Part shown: piece after piece, positions 19,412 to 31,287 of the stretch
Numbering within the stretch: position 1 is the stretch's first letter
How the letters are laid out: each line of letters opens with the position of its first letter
Source: an uncultured Gammaproteobacteria bacterium
GTDB lineage: Bacteria > Patescibacteriota > Patescibacteriia > Magasanikbacterales > UBA922
Length of the DNA stretch: 64,000 bases
Direction: 5' to 3'
Assembly (NCBI GenBank): GCA_964597575.1
Contig: CAZQXB010000001.1
Coordinates: 594,511-658,510, forward strand
Translations under genes and position numbers: made by a program
Notes under the pieces: generated by a model
The model's input: only the letters and a program-made list of their open reading frames with translations
The model's database searches: none
What the model was told of the DNA's origin: nothing

Positions 19412-20011
19412 CTAAAAGGGAAGAGTAAGATTGAGACTACTTCCACCCTGCGCACCACCTTGGTGAGCAACCTGCACTTGTGGAGAAAAATCAAAGTTTA
19501 CTGCGAGCGGACGGAGTTCTCCGGTGAGTGTTGTGTAGTAGAGCATTTTATTTTTTCGACCGTACTCGTAGAGCTCCTTCGTAACCTTCACATCTTGCTC
19601 ACAGTACTTTTTAATTTCATCCAGCTTTCCTTCAGCGAACCACTGCATAGCTTGAAGCCCATCAGCGCTTTTTTCAATTTGAAGCGTGGCCTTGGCCAAA
19701 TCATTAAGCTTGTATCGTGAACCATTCATTTCTTTAATCACTTTCAGCATGTCGAGGTGCGGAAAGCGTGTGAGATCACCAGCGTAGTATTTATTGAGTA
19801 CCGGAATATCAAAATGTTCGCTGTTAAAACCAATCAACCGTTCCGCACGTTCAAAAATCGGCCAAAGTTCTTTTAATTCATGCTCCTCGAATGATTGGTA
19901 GGTGTCTGTTTCATATTGATAAATGGAAACAACCGTCATTTTGAGAGAATCAAACTGTTTAATATCCCCAATTGTTTCAATATCAAAAACGACTTCGCGA
20001 CTTGGATTCAT
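19412..20011 (-). CDS. DEDDy-type 3'-5' exonuclease (DnaQ/RNase D-like)
   Basis: Exo I VVFDIETIGD, Exo II GFNSEHFDIPVL and Exo III YCEQDVKVTKELY. The start is taken as the internal ATG MNPSREVV. Confidence 0.6.
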   Translation of the reverse strand: MNPSREVVFDIETIGDIKQFDSLKMTVVSIYQYETDTYQSFEEHELKELWPIFERAERLIGFNSEHFDIPVLNKYYAGDLTRFPHLDMLKVIKEMNGSRYKLNDLAKATLQIEKSADGLQAMQWFAEGKLDEIKKYCEQDVKVTKELYEYGRKNKMLYYTTLTGELRPLAVNFDFSPQVQVAHQGGAQGGSSLNLTLPF

Positions 20012-20018
20012 AGAAGTA

Positions 20019-20372
20019 TTATTGGACTTTCTTGAAATTGACTTTAAACACGGGCTGGTAGGTATTTTCGTACTCATCTTTCACCTCCACCGTCTCCCCT
20101 TTCATGAGTTGGGTCATCGCCATATCGGTCAGTACCTCAGTATCACTCGCCATGTCAATTTTTAAATCATCAAGCTTCGTCAGTTCATTCGCAAAATTTT
20201 CCTTTACCGTTTGTTCAATTTGTTTTTTCTTTTCTCGAAGAGTGGTGAGTTTTTCCGTTACCTCCTGATACTCAAGTGAAGTCTCAAGAGCATCTTTGTA
20301 GGCGGCACGCAAATCTTTTTGTTTCTTTTTATTCTCTTGGAGACGAGCAAAAATTTCTTGAACAGATTGCAT
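20019..20372 (-). CDS. Hypothetical coiled-coil protein
   Basis: 117 aa with K/E-rich heptad-like sequence and no recognisable family. Confidence 0.4.
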   Translation of the reverse strand: MQSVQEIFARLQENKKKQKDLRAAYKDALETSLEYQEVTEKLTTLREKKKQIEQTVKENFANELTKLDDLKIDMASDTEVLTDMAMTQLMKGETVEVKDEYENTYQPVFKVNFKKVQ

Positions 20373-20434
20373 AGAAATGAAAATGAATGTGAAAAGTATA
20401 CCATGGCCTCAAACAGCGGACAAGCATCATTTTA

Positions 20435-22069
20435 TTACCGAGTACACGCAGCCACAAACGCTAAAAAGAGAGGGTGGGGCTCCATCGGGCGAGATAAAAA
20501 TTCAGGATGGAACTGAACCCCAACAAAGAATGGGTGGTCTTTCAGTTCAACAATTTCAACCAAATCTGTTTCTGGATTCACCCCGACAATTTGTAATCCA
20601 GCAGCATCAAGGGCATCTCGATATCCATTATTTAATTCGTACCGGTGGCGGTGGCGCTCTGAAATGATATCGGCTTTGTAAGCGGCATGGGTTTTGGTGC
20701 CTCGTCGTACCGCGCAATCGTATGCCCCGAGACGCATTGTACCTCCGTAGCGATTCTCTTTAACATTTTTCGCCTGCATCGGATTAATATGGATAATTGG
20801 ATCTGGAGTTTTCTCTGCAACTTCAACTGTATGAGCTTCTTTTTTCTGAAGTACATTGCGAGTAAACTCAACACAGGCAAGTTGCATACCATAGCAGAGG
20901 CCATAATAGGGAATCTTCTTCTCTCGGGCAAACCGAATGGCAGTCATAATTCCCTCAACCCCCCGTGCACCGAAACCACCTGGCACAAGCACACCATCAT
21001 ACTCACTTAGCTCCTCAACCTTTTTTATATTTTTTTCATAGGCTTCTGCGTCAATCCAGGTGAGCTCAGGTTTCCGCTTTTGTGCCCAAGCAGCATGTTT
21101 GATTGCTTCAATGACGGAAATGTAAGAATCCGCAAGTGTAAAATTTCCGGTACCAAAATATTTTCCAATGACTGCGATTTTAACAGGCTTTTCACTCGTT
21201 TCAATAGAACGGACTAATTTTTTCCATGATTCCATTTTCGAAGGACGCGTACGAAGTTCGAGAACCTTTAATAACTTGTTTCCAGCCTCCTGAGCTTCCA
21301 TACGAAGCGGTATTTCATAAATGGAAGAAACATCCGGGGCCGCAATACAGTTTTCTTTAGAAACTCCGCAAAAAACTGCTAATTTTTCTCGTCGAATTTC
21401 ATCGAGGGTTGTTTGTCCACGAGCAATAATCATGTCTGCTTGAATACCCGCATTATTCAGTGCCCGTGCCGCATGTTGAGTTGGTTTTGTTTTCATTTCA
21501 CCGAGGTGTGATGGAACAGGAAGATAGCTGACCAGCACAAAGGCAACACTCGACGGATCTTTTAACTTCATCATGCGGGCGGCTTCGAGAAAAAGAATAT
21601 TTTCATATTCACCAACCGTTCCACCAATTTCGATAATCGTAATATCTGCTTTATCCTTTTTCGCAGCAGTCTCAATACGACGGATAATTTCTTCCGGAAT
21701 ATGGGGAACCACCTGGACGCATTTCCCTTTATACTTCATGGCGCGTTCATTTTCGATAACGGTTTTGTACACTCGACCCGTTGTCATGTAGTTATCTTTC
21801 GATAAGTTGATGTTCAAAAAACGTTCATAGTTCCCCATATCTTGATCTGTCTCATCTTTATCATTCGTTACAAATACCTCACCGTGCTCGATTGGATTCA
21901 TCGTACCAGCGTCCACATTCACATACGGGTCAGCCTTAAGAGCGGTCACCGAAAAACCTTTCGCACTAAAAATTGCGCCCAAAGACGCCGAAGTAACTCC
22001 CTTACCCACCCCCGAAAGAACGCCTCCGACGACAAAAATGTATTTCTTCTTGGCTTTATTTTTTTTCAT
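20435..22069 (-). CDS. pyrG: CTP synthase
   Basis: 544 aa with the N-terminal synthase domain (VVGGVLSGVGKGV) and the C-terminal GATase domain (GLCYGMQ, HPEF). Confidence 0.95.
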   Translation of the reverse strand: MKKNKAKKKYIFVVGGVLSGVGKGVTSASLGAIFSAKGFSVTALKADPYVNVDAGTMNPIEHGEVFVTNDKDETDQDMGNYERFLNINLSKDNYMTTGRVYKTVIENERAMKYKGKCVQVVPHIPEEIIRRIETAAKKDKADITIIEIGGTVGEYENILFLEAARMMKLKDPSSVAFVLVSYLPVPSHLGEMKTKPTQHAARALNNAGIQADMIIARGQTTLDEIRREKLAVFCGVSKENCIAAPDVSSIYEIPLRMEAQEAGNKLLKVLELRTRPSKMESWKKLVRSIETSEKPVKIAVIGKYFGTGNFTLADSYISVIEAIKHAAWAQKRKPELTWIDAEAYEKNIKKVEELSEYDGVLVPGGFGARGVEGIMTAIRFAREKKIPYYGLCYGMQLACVEFTRNVLQKKEAHTVEVAEKTPDPIIHINPMQAKNVKENRYGGTMRLGAYDCAVRRGTKTHAAYKADIISERHRHRYELNNGYRDALDAAGLQIVGVNPETDLVEIVELKDHPFFVGVQFHPEFLSRPMEPHPLFLAFVAACTR

Positions 22070-22130
22070 ACAATGCTTGAAGCTATGTTGAATAGGAGTA
22101 TAGCAGAAAGAACGACTGTATGAAAATCTA

Positions 22131-22159
22131 TTGACAAATTACCTAAATTATGCTATATT
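22131..22159 (+). promoter_or_regulatory. Sigma70-like promoter TTGACA-17-TATATT for the GC-rich island gene
   Basis: TTGACA at 22131-22136 and TATATT at 22154-22159, followed by the strong SD aaggag at 22207-22212, 9 nt before the ATG at 22222. Confidence 0.5.
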
Positions 22160-22221
22160 TTGCACGCTCTCTTTAGCATGTTCCCATCGTGGCACGCTAT
22201 AGGAGTAAGGAGTTAAGGACA

Positions 22222-22818
22222 ATGAGAAAAGCAACAAAGGGCGCGAGGGTCCTGTGGATCGGAATGCTGGTCACCCTCGGGGCCCTCTGCCTCGCAGGGC
22301 CCGGCTGTGGCGGGACGGAGGAGAGCTCGCTTGAGGAGGAGCACTCCGAACTGTTCGGCAGCCCAACGCCGCAGCAGCGGTGCTTGCCGAGCTACTGCAC
22401 ATCACTCAACAAGGAGGTGCCGTTCCCACGGGTCATGTTGTGGTATCATGAATCCGATCCCCGGGGAGGTCAGCCCTGGCTGGGGACGCCGCAGGGTCAG
22501 TGCGTGGATGGTAGTGGTGGATCATTCGGCATCTACTACACTCCACAAGACCTCGCTGATGAATTTTCGCGGCATAGACACCAGTTCATTCAGCAGCCAA
22601 CCACACCGGGAAAACTGACCAGATTCACCAACAACTCCACTTACGGAATCACCGTAGTCTATATTCAGGGTGACTTCGACAACAGCGTCAGGCCGCTTAA
22701 CTACATAGGGCCAGGGCAGCAGCGAGCGCTGCCTACTCCAAGTGGCACAGATCGGTTCAAGGTCTATATCAATGGCGCCGGCACTTCGCTCGTGAACATC
22801 GCCGACGTGTGCAATTAG
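22222..22818 (+). CDS. Secreted Cys-containing protein of unknown function encoded on a GC-rich island
   Basis: MRKATKGARVLWIGMLVTLGALCLAGPGCGG is a signal or lipoprotein-like peptide. The ~170-aa mature part has 5 Cys and no family match. Codon usage is GC3-rich, unlike its neighbours, and it carries a strong SD, which is absent from host genes. Confidence 0.6.
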   Translation: MRKATKGARVLWIGMLVTLGALCLAGPGCGGTEESSLEEEHSELFGSPTPQQRCLPSYCTSLNKEVPFPRVMLWYHESDPRGGQPWLGTPQGQCVDGSGGSFGIYYTPQDLADEFSRHRHQFIQQPTTPGKLTRFTNNSTYGITVVYIQGDFDNSVRPLNYIGPGQQRALPTPSGTDRFKVYINGAGTSLVNIADVCN

Positions 22819-22977
22819 TCGACATCTGAGCAACTAGTATTACTGGGCATACCTGCTACCTAAATGCATTACCAGCATGCACCGCAGTTGAAGTCAGCCA
22901 CACCAGTTGCCGACTCCTGCCCATCTCGCGCCGGTCGCAAGCAGTGAACACAACTCGTTCCCTGTACCGGCCCCCTA

Positions 22978-23008
22978 TAAAAGAGCTTTTACGAAGGCTC
23001 TTTTTTGG
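22978..23008 (+). terminator. Putative terminator (agagcttt-tacg-aaggctct, then TTTTTT)
   Basis: An imperfect hairpin plus T-tract that closes the GC-rich island. Confidence 0.4.
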
Positions 23009-23045
23009 TCTTTGGGGTAATTCTCAAAAAACTACTCTTTCCTCT

Positions 23046-23074
23046 TGACTTTTTGGCTAAAATACGCTACACTA
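23046..23074 (+). promoter_or_regulatory. Promoter TTGACT-17-TACACT for era
   Basis: Read from the sequence, 20 nt upstream of the era ATG. Confidence 0.4.
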
Positions 23075-23094
23075 CGAGGTATTCTTTTTTGCCT

Positions 23095-23967
23095 ATGAAA
23101 TCCGGATTCGTCGTCTTAGTTGGACGAAGCAATGTTGGAAAATCAACTCTCATGAATACCCTTGTCGGGACAAAGATTTCCGCAACGTCTTTTCGTGCAC
23201 AAATGACTCGTCATATTATTCACGGAGTCATGAATATGCCAGATGGCCAGGCTATTTTTGTCGACACTCCAGGGATGTTTAAAGACCGCCGTAATGCCCT
23301 TACTGCCCGTTTAACCGGAAAAGTAAGCGAAGCCCTCAAAGACATTGATGTTATTGTGTATGTGGTCGACCCGACTCGTGAAGTAGGTCCGGAAGAACGT
23401 GCGATGTACGGCATGATTCGCCACTTATCGAACCCGAAACTTTTAGTGATTAATAAAAGCGACCTTCCCCCACGTGATCGCCCTCATACCCGTGAGTATG
23501 AAGCCTGGGCTGAAGATTTTGCAGGAGTATTTTATCTTTCAGCGCTTCGTGCAAGCCACATTCAACCTCTCAAAGAGAAGGTAATGGAACTTTTGCCAGA
23601 AGGTGAACCTCTCTATCCTCCCGACCAGCTTACAAACATCGACAACCATTTTTGGATTGCGGAAATTGTTCGTGAAAAAGTATTTTCTATTTTTGATAAA
23701 GAAGTGCCTTATTCCATGGCAGTCGAAGTTGATACGGTTGAAGAAAAGACCTTTGGAAAAGGTGATGCCGCTGTCCCTGGACTTGCGATAAAAGCCAGAA
23801 TTTTGACCAATGAAGAACGGTACAAACGAATAATTATCGGGGCACGAGGGAACAAAATTAAGGAAATCGGCCAAATGGCACGCAAGGAACTCGAAGCCTC
23901 AACCAACCGTAAAGTATTTCTTGAACTTGAAGTAGAGGTTGACACACACTGGGTTGAACGAATCTAG
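23095..23967 (+). CDS. era: GTPase Era
   Basis: MKSGFVVLVGRSNVGKSTLMN (G1), DTPG (G3), NKSD (G4) and a C-terminal KH domain (ARGNKIKEIG). Confidence 0.9.
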   Translation: MKSGFVVLVGRSNVGKSTLMNTLVGTKISATSFRAQMTRHIIHGVMNMPDGQAIFVDTPGMFKDRRNALTARLTGKVSEALKDIDVIVYVVDPTREVGPEERAMYGMIRHLSNPKLLVINKSDLPPRDRPHTREYEAWAEDFAGVFYLSALRASHIQPLKEKVMELLPEGEPLYPPDQLTNIDNHFWIAEIVREKVFSIFDKEVPYSMAVEVDTVEEKTFGKGDAAVPGLAIKARILTNEERYKRIIIGARGNKIKEIGQMARKELEASTNRKVFLELEVEVDTHWVERI

Positions 23968-23974
23968 ACAGATA

Positions 23975-24008
23975 TAAAAAACTCCGGTACTGTACCGGAG
24001 TTTTTTTA
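23975..24008. terminator. Bidirectional rho-independent terminator (actccggtac/gtaccggagt flanked by A- and T-tracts)
   Basis: A perfect GC-rich palindrome between era and the convergent gene. Confidence 0.8.
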
Positions 24009-24022
24009 TTATACAAATGCTG

Positions 24023-24754
24023 TTAGTAGCTGATTTCCACTTGGACACTCTCTGTTTTCGCTTTTGCTACACAATTTTTTAACTCTGTAGTTTGTTCCCA
24101 CTCACACTTCCCTGTGGTTTTATTCTTTCCGCATGTCGCTTTTTGGTAGCACGCAAACTCTGGTTTATAAATACACGTACTTACCATATCTTCATCACTG
24201 CACACTTCACCACTGCAGCCACTTGGCCGACACTCTCCTTTGGCCACCGTTGATGATGGAGCGACAGGCGGGGTCAACTCTTCTCCAAAACTCACGGGCA
24301 CCACAAACGACATATCGTTTTCTGGGAGTCCTGATGGATTATCGCGCATAAAAGCCAATGAACCGTTGGCTGTGGCCGGGCGCACAAACGTAAGCGTTGC
24401 AGAAAATGGCACGAACTCTTCAGTCATCCACTCTCCGTCAGCATTAGCAATGCCTGTCGCAACTTCTTGCCCATTCCCATCAAGAAGCTTTATAGGGAAG
24501 CTCGCTTCAAAAAAGTATGTTCCTCTCGCTTCGCCATTTATTCGAAGTGGGTTCGCGATGGTCTCATTTCTCTGAGGCGCTGATACGCGAATCATATCAC
24601 TTGGATCTTTTTCAGAAGGAGTGGCTGGAGTAACGACCGATGGAGATGGTTCTGGATTCATCGATCTCTTTATCGGTTCAAGAAGCAAAATGACACTGGC
24701 AAACATTACGACTGCAGCACCAAGGAGCGCGATCACCCACATTTGCTTATTCAT
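24023..24754 (-). CDS. Secreted/anchored protein with Gmad2/GerMN-like Ig domain and C-terminal 8-Cys module
   Basis: N-terminal TM or signal (MWVIALLGAAVVMFASVILLL) and a beta domain (GTYFFEASFPIKLLDGNGQEVATG). The C-terminus has 8 Cys (CRPSGCSGEVCS...CEWEQ). Confidence 0.5.
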   Translation of the reverse strand: MNKQMWVIALLGAAVVMFASVILLLEPIKRSMNPEPSPSVVTPATPSEKDPSDMIRVSAPQRNETIANPLRINGEARGTYFFEASFPIKLLDGNGQEVATGIANADGEWMTEEFVPFSATLTFVRPATANGSLAFMRDNPSGLPENDMSFVVPVSFGEELTPPVAPSSTVAKGECRPSGCSGEVCSDEDMVSTCIYKPEFACYQKATCGKNKTTGKCEWEQTTELKNCVAKAKTESVQVEISY

Positions 24755-24763
24755 AGCAAAAAA

Positions 24764-26200
24764 TTAAGAATGAATTGATGAAAACAAAGCATGCCCAACT
24801 CGAAGCACCTGCTCGTCTTGCAGCCGTGGACCAATAAGCTGCACGCCCACCGGAAGACCATTTTTTGTTTTTCCTCCAGGAATGGATAGGGCTGGAACAC
24901 CGGCCAAGGCTGCAGGGCTCACAAACACATCTGCTAAATACATAGAGAGAACATCAGAAGATTTTTCCCCTAAACGAAAGGCCGGAAATGGAGAAGTGGG
25001 AGTAATGATCGCGTCAACTTCCGTAAAGACATCTGCGAAATCTTTTGCAATAAGCGAACGCACTTTCTGAGCTTTTTTGTAGTACGCATCATAATAGCCG
25101 GCGGAGAGTGCATAGGTACCAATCATAATACGGCGTTTCACTTCACTCGGGAAACCATGGGAACGTGAGTTTGCGTAGACGGCCTCAAGCGCATCCCCTG
25201 CCTCACGGACTCCATAGCGGATTCCATCAAGACGGCCCAAATTAGAACTATCTTCGCTTGGAACAAGAAGGTAATATGTAGGGACTGCATACTTTGTATG
25301 CGGAAGTGATACCGGAACGACTACACAGCCCAAATCTTTCAGCTTTTGAATTGCACCATCCACAATCATTTTTGTTTCACTCTCTAATCCCTCAAGTTCA
25401 AAATATTCTTGCGGCACACCAATACGCATCCCCTTCACTGGCTTTTGAATTTCCTCAGTGTACGTTGGTACGTTGTGCGGCGCAGTTGTTGCATCAAGCG
25501 GATCAACTCCTGCCATGATTTCCATAAGGAGTGCTATGTCCTCAACGGTTTTAGCCATGGGCCCAACGGTATCGAGTGAAGAGGCCATTGGCATAATACC
25601 GTACCTTGAATTGCGTCCGTAACTCGGGCGAAACCCTACCACCCCACAAAATGCTGCCGGTTGGCGAATCGAACCACCGGTATCTTCTGCGATAGAAAAT
25701 AAGCACATGTTGGCAGCGAGAGCGGCCGCTGAACCACCTGAAGAACCACCTGACACACGCGAGGTATCATGAGGGTTTTTCACGGCTCCATACATGGAGT
25801 TTTCATTACTTGCTCCATGACCAAAGCTGTCACAATTTTGTTTACCCACGAGAACGGCACCGGCTTCTTTTATTTTTCGAACGACTGTTGCGTCAAACGG
25901 AGGGATGTAGGTATCTAAAATACGCGCCGCGCCAGTCGCTCGTACGTCTGCGGTACAAATAGCATCTTTTACTCCGAAGGGAATACCCGTAAGTACGCTG
26001 GCTTCTCCTTTTTGAAGAAGTTCATCGGCGACTTTTGCAGCATGATGCGCATCGTCTTCTGTCACCGTAATAAAGGCATTCATATCTGGATTTTTCTCAG
26101 CAATGATTTTCAAACATGCCTTGGTTAATTCCAAAGCAGAAAACTCCTTTTTATGAAGCCCAATTCTTGCTCCGGCTATTGTTAAATTCTGTACATCCAT
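24764..26200 (-). CDS. gatA: Glu-tRNA(Gln)/Asp-tRNA(Asn) amidotransferase subunit A
   Basis: Amidase signature GGSSGGSAAALAA...GGSIRQPAAFCGVVGFRPSYG. Confidence 0.9.
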   Translation of the reverse strand: MDVQNLTIAGARIGLHKKEFSALELTKACLKIIAEKNPDMNAFITVTEDDAHHAAKVADELLQKGEASVLTGIPFGVKDAICTADVRATGAARILDTYIPPFDATVVRKIKEAGAVLVGKQNCDSFGHGASNENSMYGAVKNPHDTSRVSGGSSGGSAAALAANMCLFSIAEDTGGSIRQPAAFCGVVGFRPSYGRNSRYGIMPMASSLDTVGPMAKTVEDIALLMEIMAGVDPLDATTAPHNVPTYTEEIQKPVKGMRIGVPQEYFELEGLESETKMIVDGAIQKLKDLGCVVVPVSLPHTKYAVPTYYLLVPSEDSSNLGRLDGIRYGVREAGDALEAVYANSRSHGFPSEVKRRIMIGTYALSAGYYDAYYKKAQKVRSLIAKDFADVFTEVDAIITPTSPFPAFRLGEKSSDVLSMYLADVFVSPAALAGVPALSIPGGKTKNGLPVGVQLIGPRLQDEQVLRVGHALFSSIHS

Positions 26201-26202
26201 AA

Positions 26203-26502
26203 TTATTCGGTAAATACCGCCTTTACGCGCAATAAATCAGCATGTTTTTCTGGAAATGCATCGAGAAGTTTTTGGCGAACATCGCTCTTAGTAAGCGCGG
26301 CTTCATCTGGTCGGGTAACATCCTCTAAACCCGTAACCTGAACTGTCTCCGACACAGTCGAGGTGTCGACGGTGTTTAGCTCTTCGACGTACGAAAAAAT
26401 AACCGAGAGTTCCTTGGCGTAGGCTTCAACTTCGGCATCAGTTACTCCGAGCCGCGCCAATTTGGCTACAGCCCGAACGGTTTCATGAGAAATGGTAGTC
26501 AT
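26203..26502 (-). CDS. gatC: Amidotransferase subunit C
   Basis: The ATG at 26502 gives MTTISHETVRAVAKLARL...YVEELN, a ~99-aa GatC. The track ORF has a spurious N-terminal extension. Confidence 0.8.
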   Translation of the reverse strand: MTTISHETVRAVAKLARLGVTDAEVEAYAKELSVIFSYVEELNTVDTSTVSETVQVTGLEDVTRPDEAALTKSDVRQKLLDAFPEKHADLLRVKAVFTE

Positions 26503-26678
26503 AGAGGTAAATGCGTAGCTAGTGTACCGTGCTCTTGGGGTCTTGACAAGATTGTACCATTTGAGTATTTTACACATGCTCACGTACAAGCGCCTTGCGG
26601 GCACCATTCTCCGGATTCGTCCGGTTGAGCACACACCGCCCCAAGCTCGCTTCGTACGTGGGCACTTTTATTTTGAAG

Positions 26679-29478
<2,800 letters not shown>

Positions 29479-29525
29479 ACGGACAGAAGTATACCATATC
29501 TCCTCCTACCGAAGAAAAATATTCT

Positions 29526-29581
29526 GTAAAATAAAGAGAGACCGGACCGAGCGAAGGATGTTACTCCTCCGCTCGGCCGGT
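29526..29581 (-). terminator. Strong GC-rich rho-independent terminator inside the GC-rich insert, just upstream of the pilD start
   Basis: An 11-bp stem with one bulge (ccggaccgagcg / cgctcggccgg), followed on the minus strand by TCTCTCTTTATTTTAC. Confidence 0.6.
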
Positions 29582-29707
29582 CCCGTGGGCGATCATCCTC
29601 GACCTGAGCCTCCGCTCACGGTCATGTCACTCGACGTTGCCCACGTGGGAACGACAGTGGCGAGGAATGAACCCCACTCGATCAGACAGGCCGGCGCCGG
29701 GCGCGGG

Positions 29708-29803
29708 TCAGCTGATCACGATGGTGCCGGCGCGGTTGCTCTCGAGCTTGCAGTGCTTGTAGTAACAGGTGTTCTGCACCTCGGTCGGGTCGTGGTTGCG
29801 CAT
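29708..29803 (-). CDS. 31-codon ORF with strong SD in a GC-rich insert (MRNHDPTEVQNTCYYKHCKLESNRAGTIVIS)
   Basis: Manual translation. The SD aaggaga lies 4 nt upstream of the ATG, and GC is about 60% against a ~40% background. There is no family assignment, so this could equally be a non-coding structured element. Confidence 0.3.
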   Translation of the reverse strand: MRNHDPTEVQNTCYYKHCKLESNRAGTIVIS

Positions 29804-29869
29804 CGGTTCTCCTTGGTGTCCTTGGCGAAGGCGTCTCCTGCACTGGGCAGTACAGACGCGGTTGATAAA

Positions 29870-29908
29870 AAAAGAATAAAATAAATCACCCTCTTTGTCA
29901 AGAGGGTG
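29870..29908 (-). terminator. Rho-independent terminator for the DUF368 gene (caccctctt-tgtc-aagagggtg, then U-tract)
   Basis: A 9-bp perfect stem. On the minus strand it is followed by ATTTATTTTATTCTTTTT. Confidence 0.6.
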
Positions 29909-29947
29909 AGAGGGATATTTTCCTAAATATGCCTTATTTTAGCCAAA

Positions 29948-30802
29948 TTATTGTTTTTTCGAAACCCAACGGTGAATAGCAAACACAAGAGCCATACCTA
30001 AAAATACCAGCATAACTCCAAACACTGTTTCACGGGTAAACTCTAGTCCAGTCTGCTTCCAAGGCCAAATTTTCCGAATAGAGCCAAGCATAAGTCCTAA
30101 AAGGACCGCAATGGTCACATCATGATACTTCCTCAAAAGCCATGCTACCACCCGCACAAACAGGAGAATTCCAACCACCATTCCCACCCCAAACGGAATG
30201 AGTACCCCCCAATTCCACAGGGCCACTGCCTCAACCATAGGGTAATACTGACCGAGAATATGAAGAGTAAACGCTCCAGATAAACCTGGCAATAAGCCCG
30301 CCACAACCGCCACAGCCCCGCTTAAAAAAAGCACCGGGGTTGTTTGGGGAAACTGCTGTGGAATAATATCAACCATAAACCAGCCCGCAACAAAACCAAT
30401 CAAGGTGAGGATCCAGGTAGCGGCTGTTTTTTTCTTGATTTCAGTATGAACGAAATATGCAGAGGCAAGCATGAGTCCGAACAAAAGTGCATCTGTATAT
30501 AATGGGAATGCCACCTTAAGTGCATCCACGGCTCGAGCTGATAGAACGACGGCCACCGCAACGCCGCTCGTAAGCACCACCAAAAAATGCCAAGGAATAT
30601 ACGCAGCAAGCTCTTTCCACTTTCCCCGTAAAAATAACCCGAGTGCTTGCCAATTAAATCGAGCAAGCGCCACTAAAATATCCTGATACAACCCTACAAT
30701 AATTGCCATGGTTCCCCCAGATACCCCAGCAACGATATCAACCGCCCCAATCACTAACCCTTTCACAAATAACCTTCCTCGAGAATCGGTATTCTGTAAC
30801 AT
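29948..30802 (-). CDS. DUF368-family membrane protein (putative polyprenyl-phosphate translocase, PopT-like)
   Basis: 284 aa, polytopic, with GVSGGTMAIIVGLY and a repeated half (GLSGAFTLHILG) typical of DUF368. Confidence 0.75.
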   Translation of the reverse strand: MLQNTDSRGRLFVKGLVIGAVDIVAGVSGGTMAIIVGLYQDILVALARFNWQALGLFLRGKWKELAAYIPWHFLVVLTSGVAVAVVLSARAVDALKVAFPLYTDALLFGLMLASAYFVHTEIKKKTAATWILTLIGFVAGWFMVDIIPQQFPQTTPVLFLSGAVAVVAGLLPGLSGAFTLHILGQYYPMVEAVALWNWGVLIPFGVGMVVGILLFVRVVAWLLRKYHDVTIAVLLGLMLGSIRKIWPWKQTGLEFTRETVFGVMLVFLGMALVFAIHRWVSKKQ

Positions 30803-30804
30803 AC

Positions 30805-31278
30805 TTATTGCTTAAGTAAGTTCTTAAGTACTGCTGCAACTTCACCAGCGTGACCTTCTGGCTTTGCTTTCTCCCATACATGAACAATAACCCCATCGGG
30901 ATCAATAAGAAAAGTAGAACGCGACATACCCATGTACGTTCTCCCCATGAACTTTCGCTCACCCCAAACCCCGAATGCATCGGCGAGCGCGTGATTCTCA
31001 TCAGCCCAGAGAGGAAAATTTAATTCGTATTTTGCGGTAAATTTTTCATGGGCCTTTAAACCATCTTTACTCACACCAATCACTACCGCCCCAAGCTTTT
31101 TAAGCTCAGCCTCAGCATCACGAAAACTACACGCCTGTGTGGTACACCCCGGTGTCATATCTTTCGGATAAAAATAGAGGACGACATACTTCCCAAGAAA
31201 ATCTTTCAAAGAAACTTCCTTTTCGTCTTTACCCATCACCTGCACATTGAGAGGTGCTTTCTTTCCAATCTGGAGCAT
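30805..31278 (-). CDS. bcp: Peroxiredoxin Bcp (thiol peroxidase)
   Basis: FYPKDMTPGCTTQACSF peroxidatic Cys motif. The start is taken as the ATG MLQIGKKAP. Confidence 0.85.
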   Translation of the reverse strand: MLQIGKKAPLNVQVMGKDEKEVSLKDFLGKYVVLYFYPKDMTPGCTTQACSFRDAEAELKKLGAVVIGVSKDGLKAHEKFTAKYELNFPLWADENHALADAFGVWGERKFMGRTYMGMSRSTFLIDPDGVIVHVWEKAKPEGHAGEVAAVLKNLLKQ

Positions 31279-31287
31279 AGACAAAGA

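Noticed and set aside
29479-29520. AGGAGGA motif upstream of pilD as its ribosome-binding site
   Set aside because: It lies about 22 nt upstream of the pilD ATG, which is too far for an RBS. The nearer out-of-frame ATG gives only a 24-aa peptide. The motif is more likely part of the boundary of the GC-rich insert.
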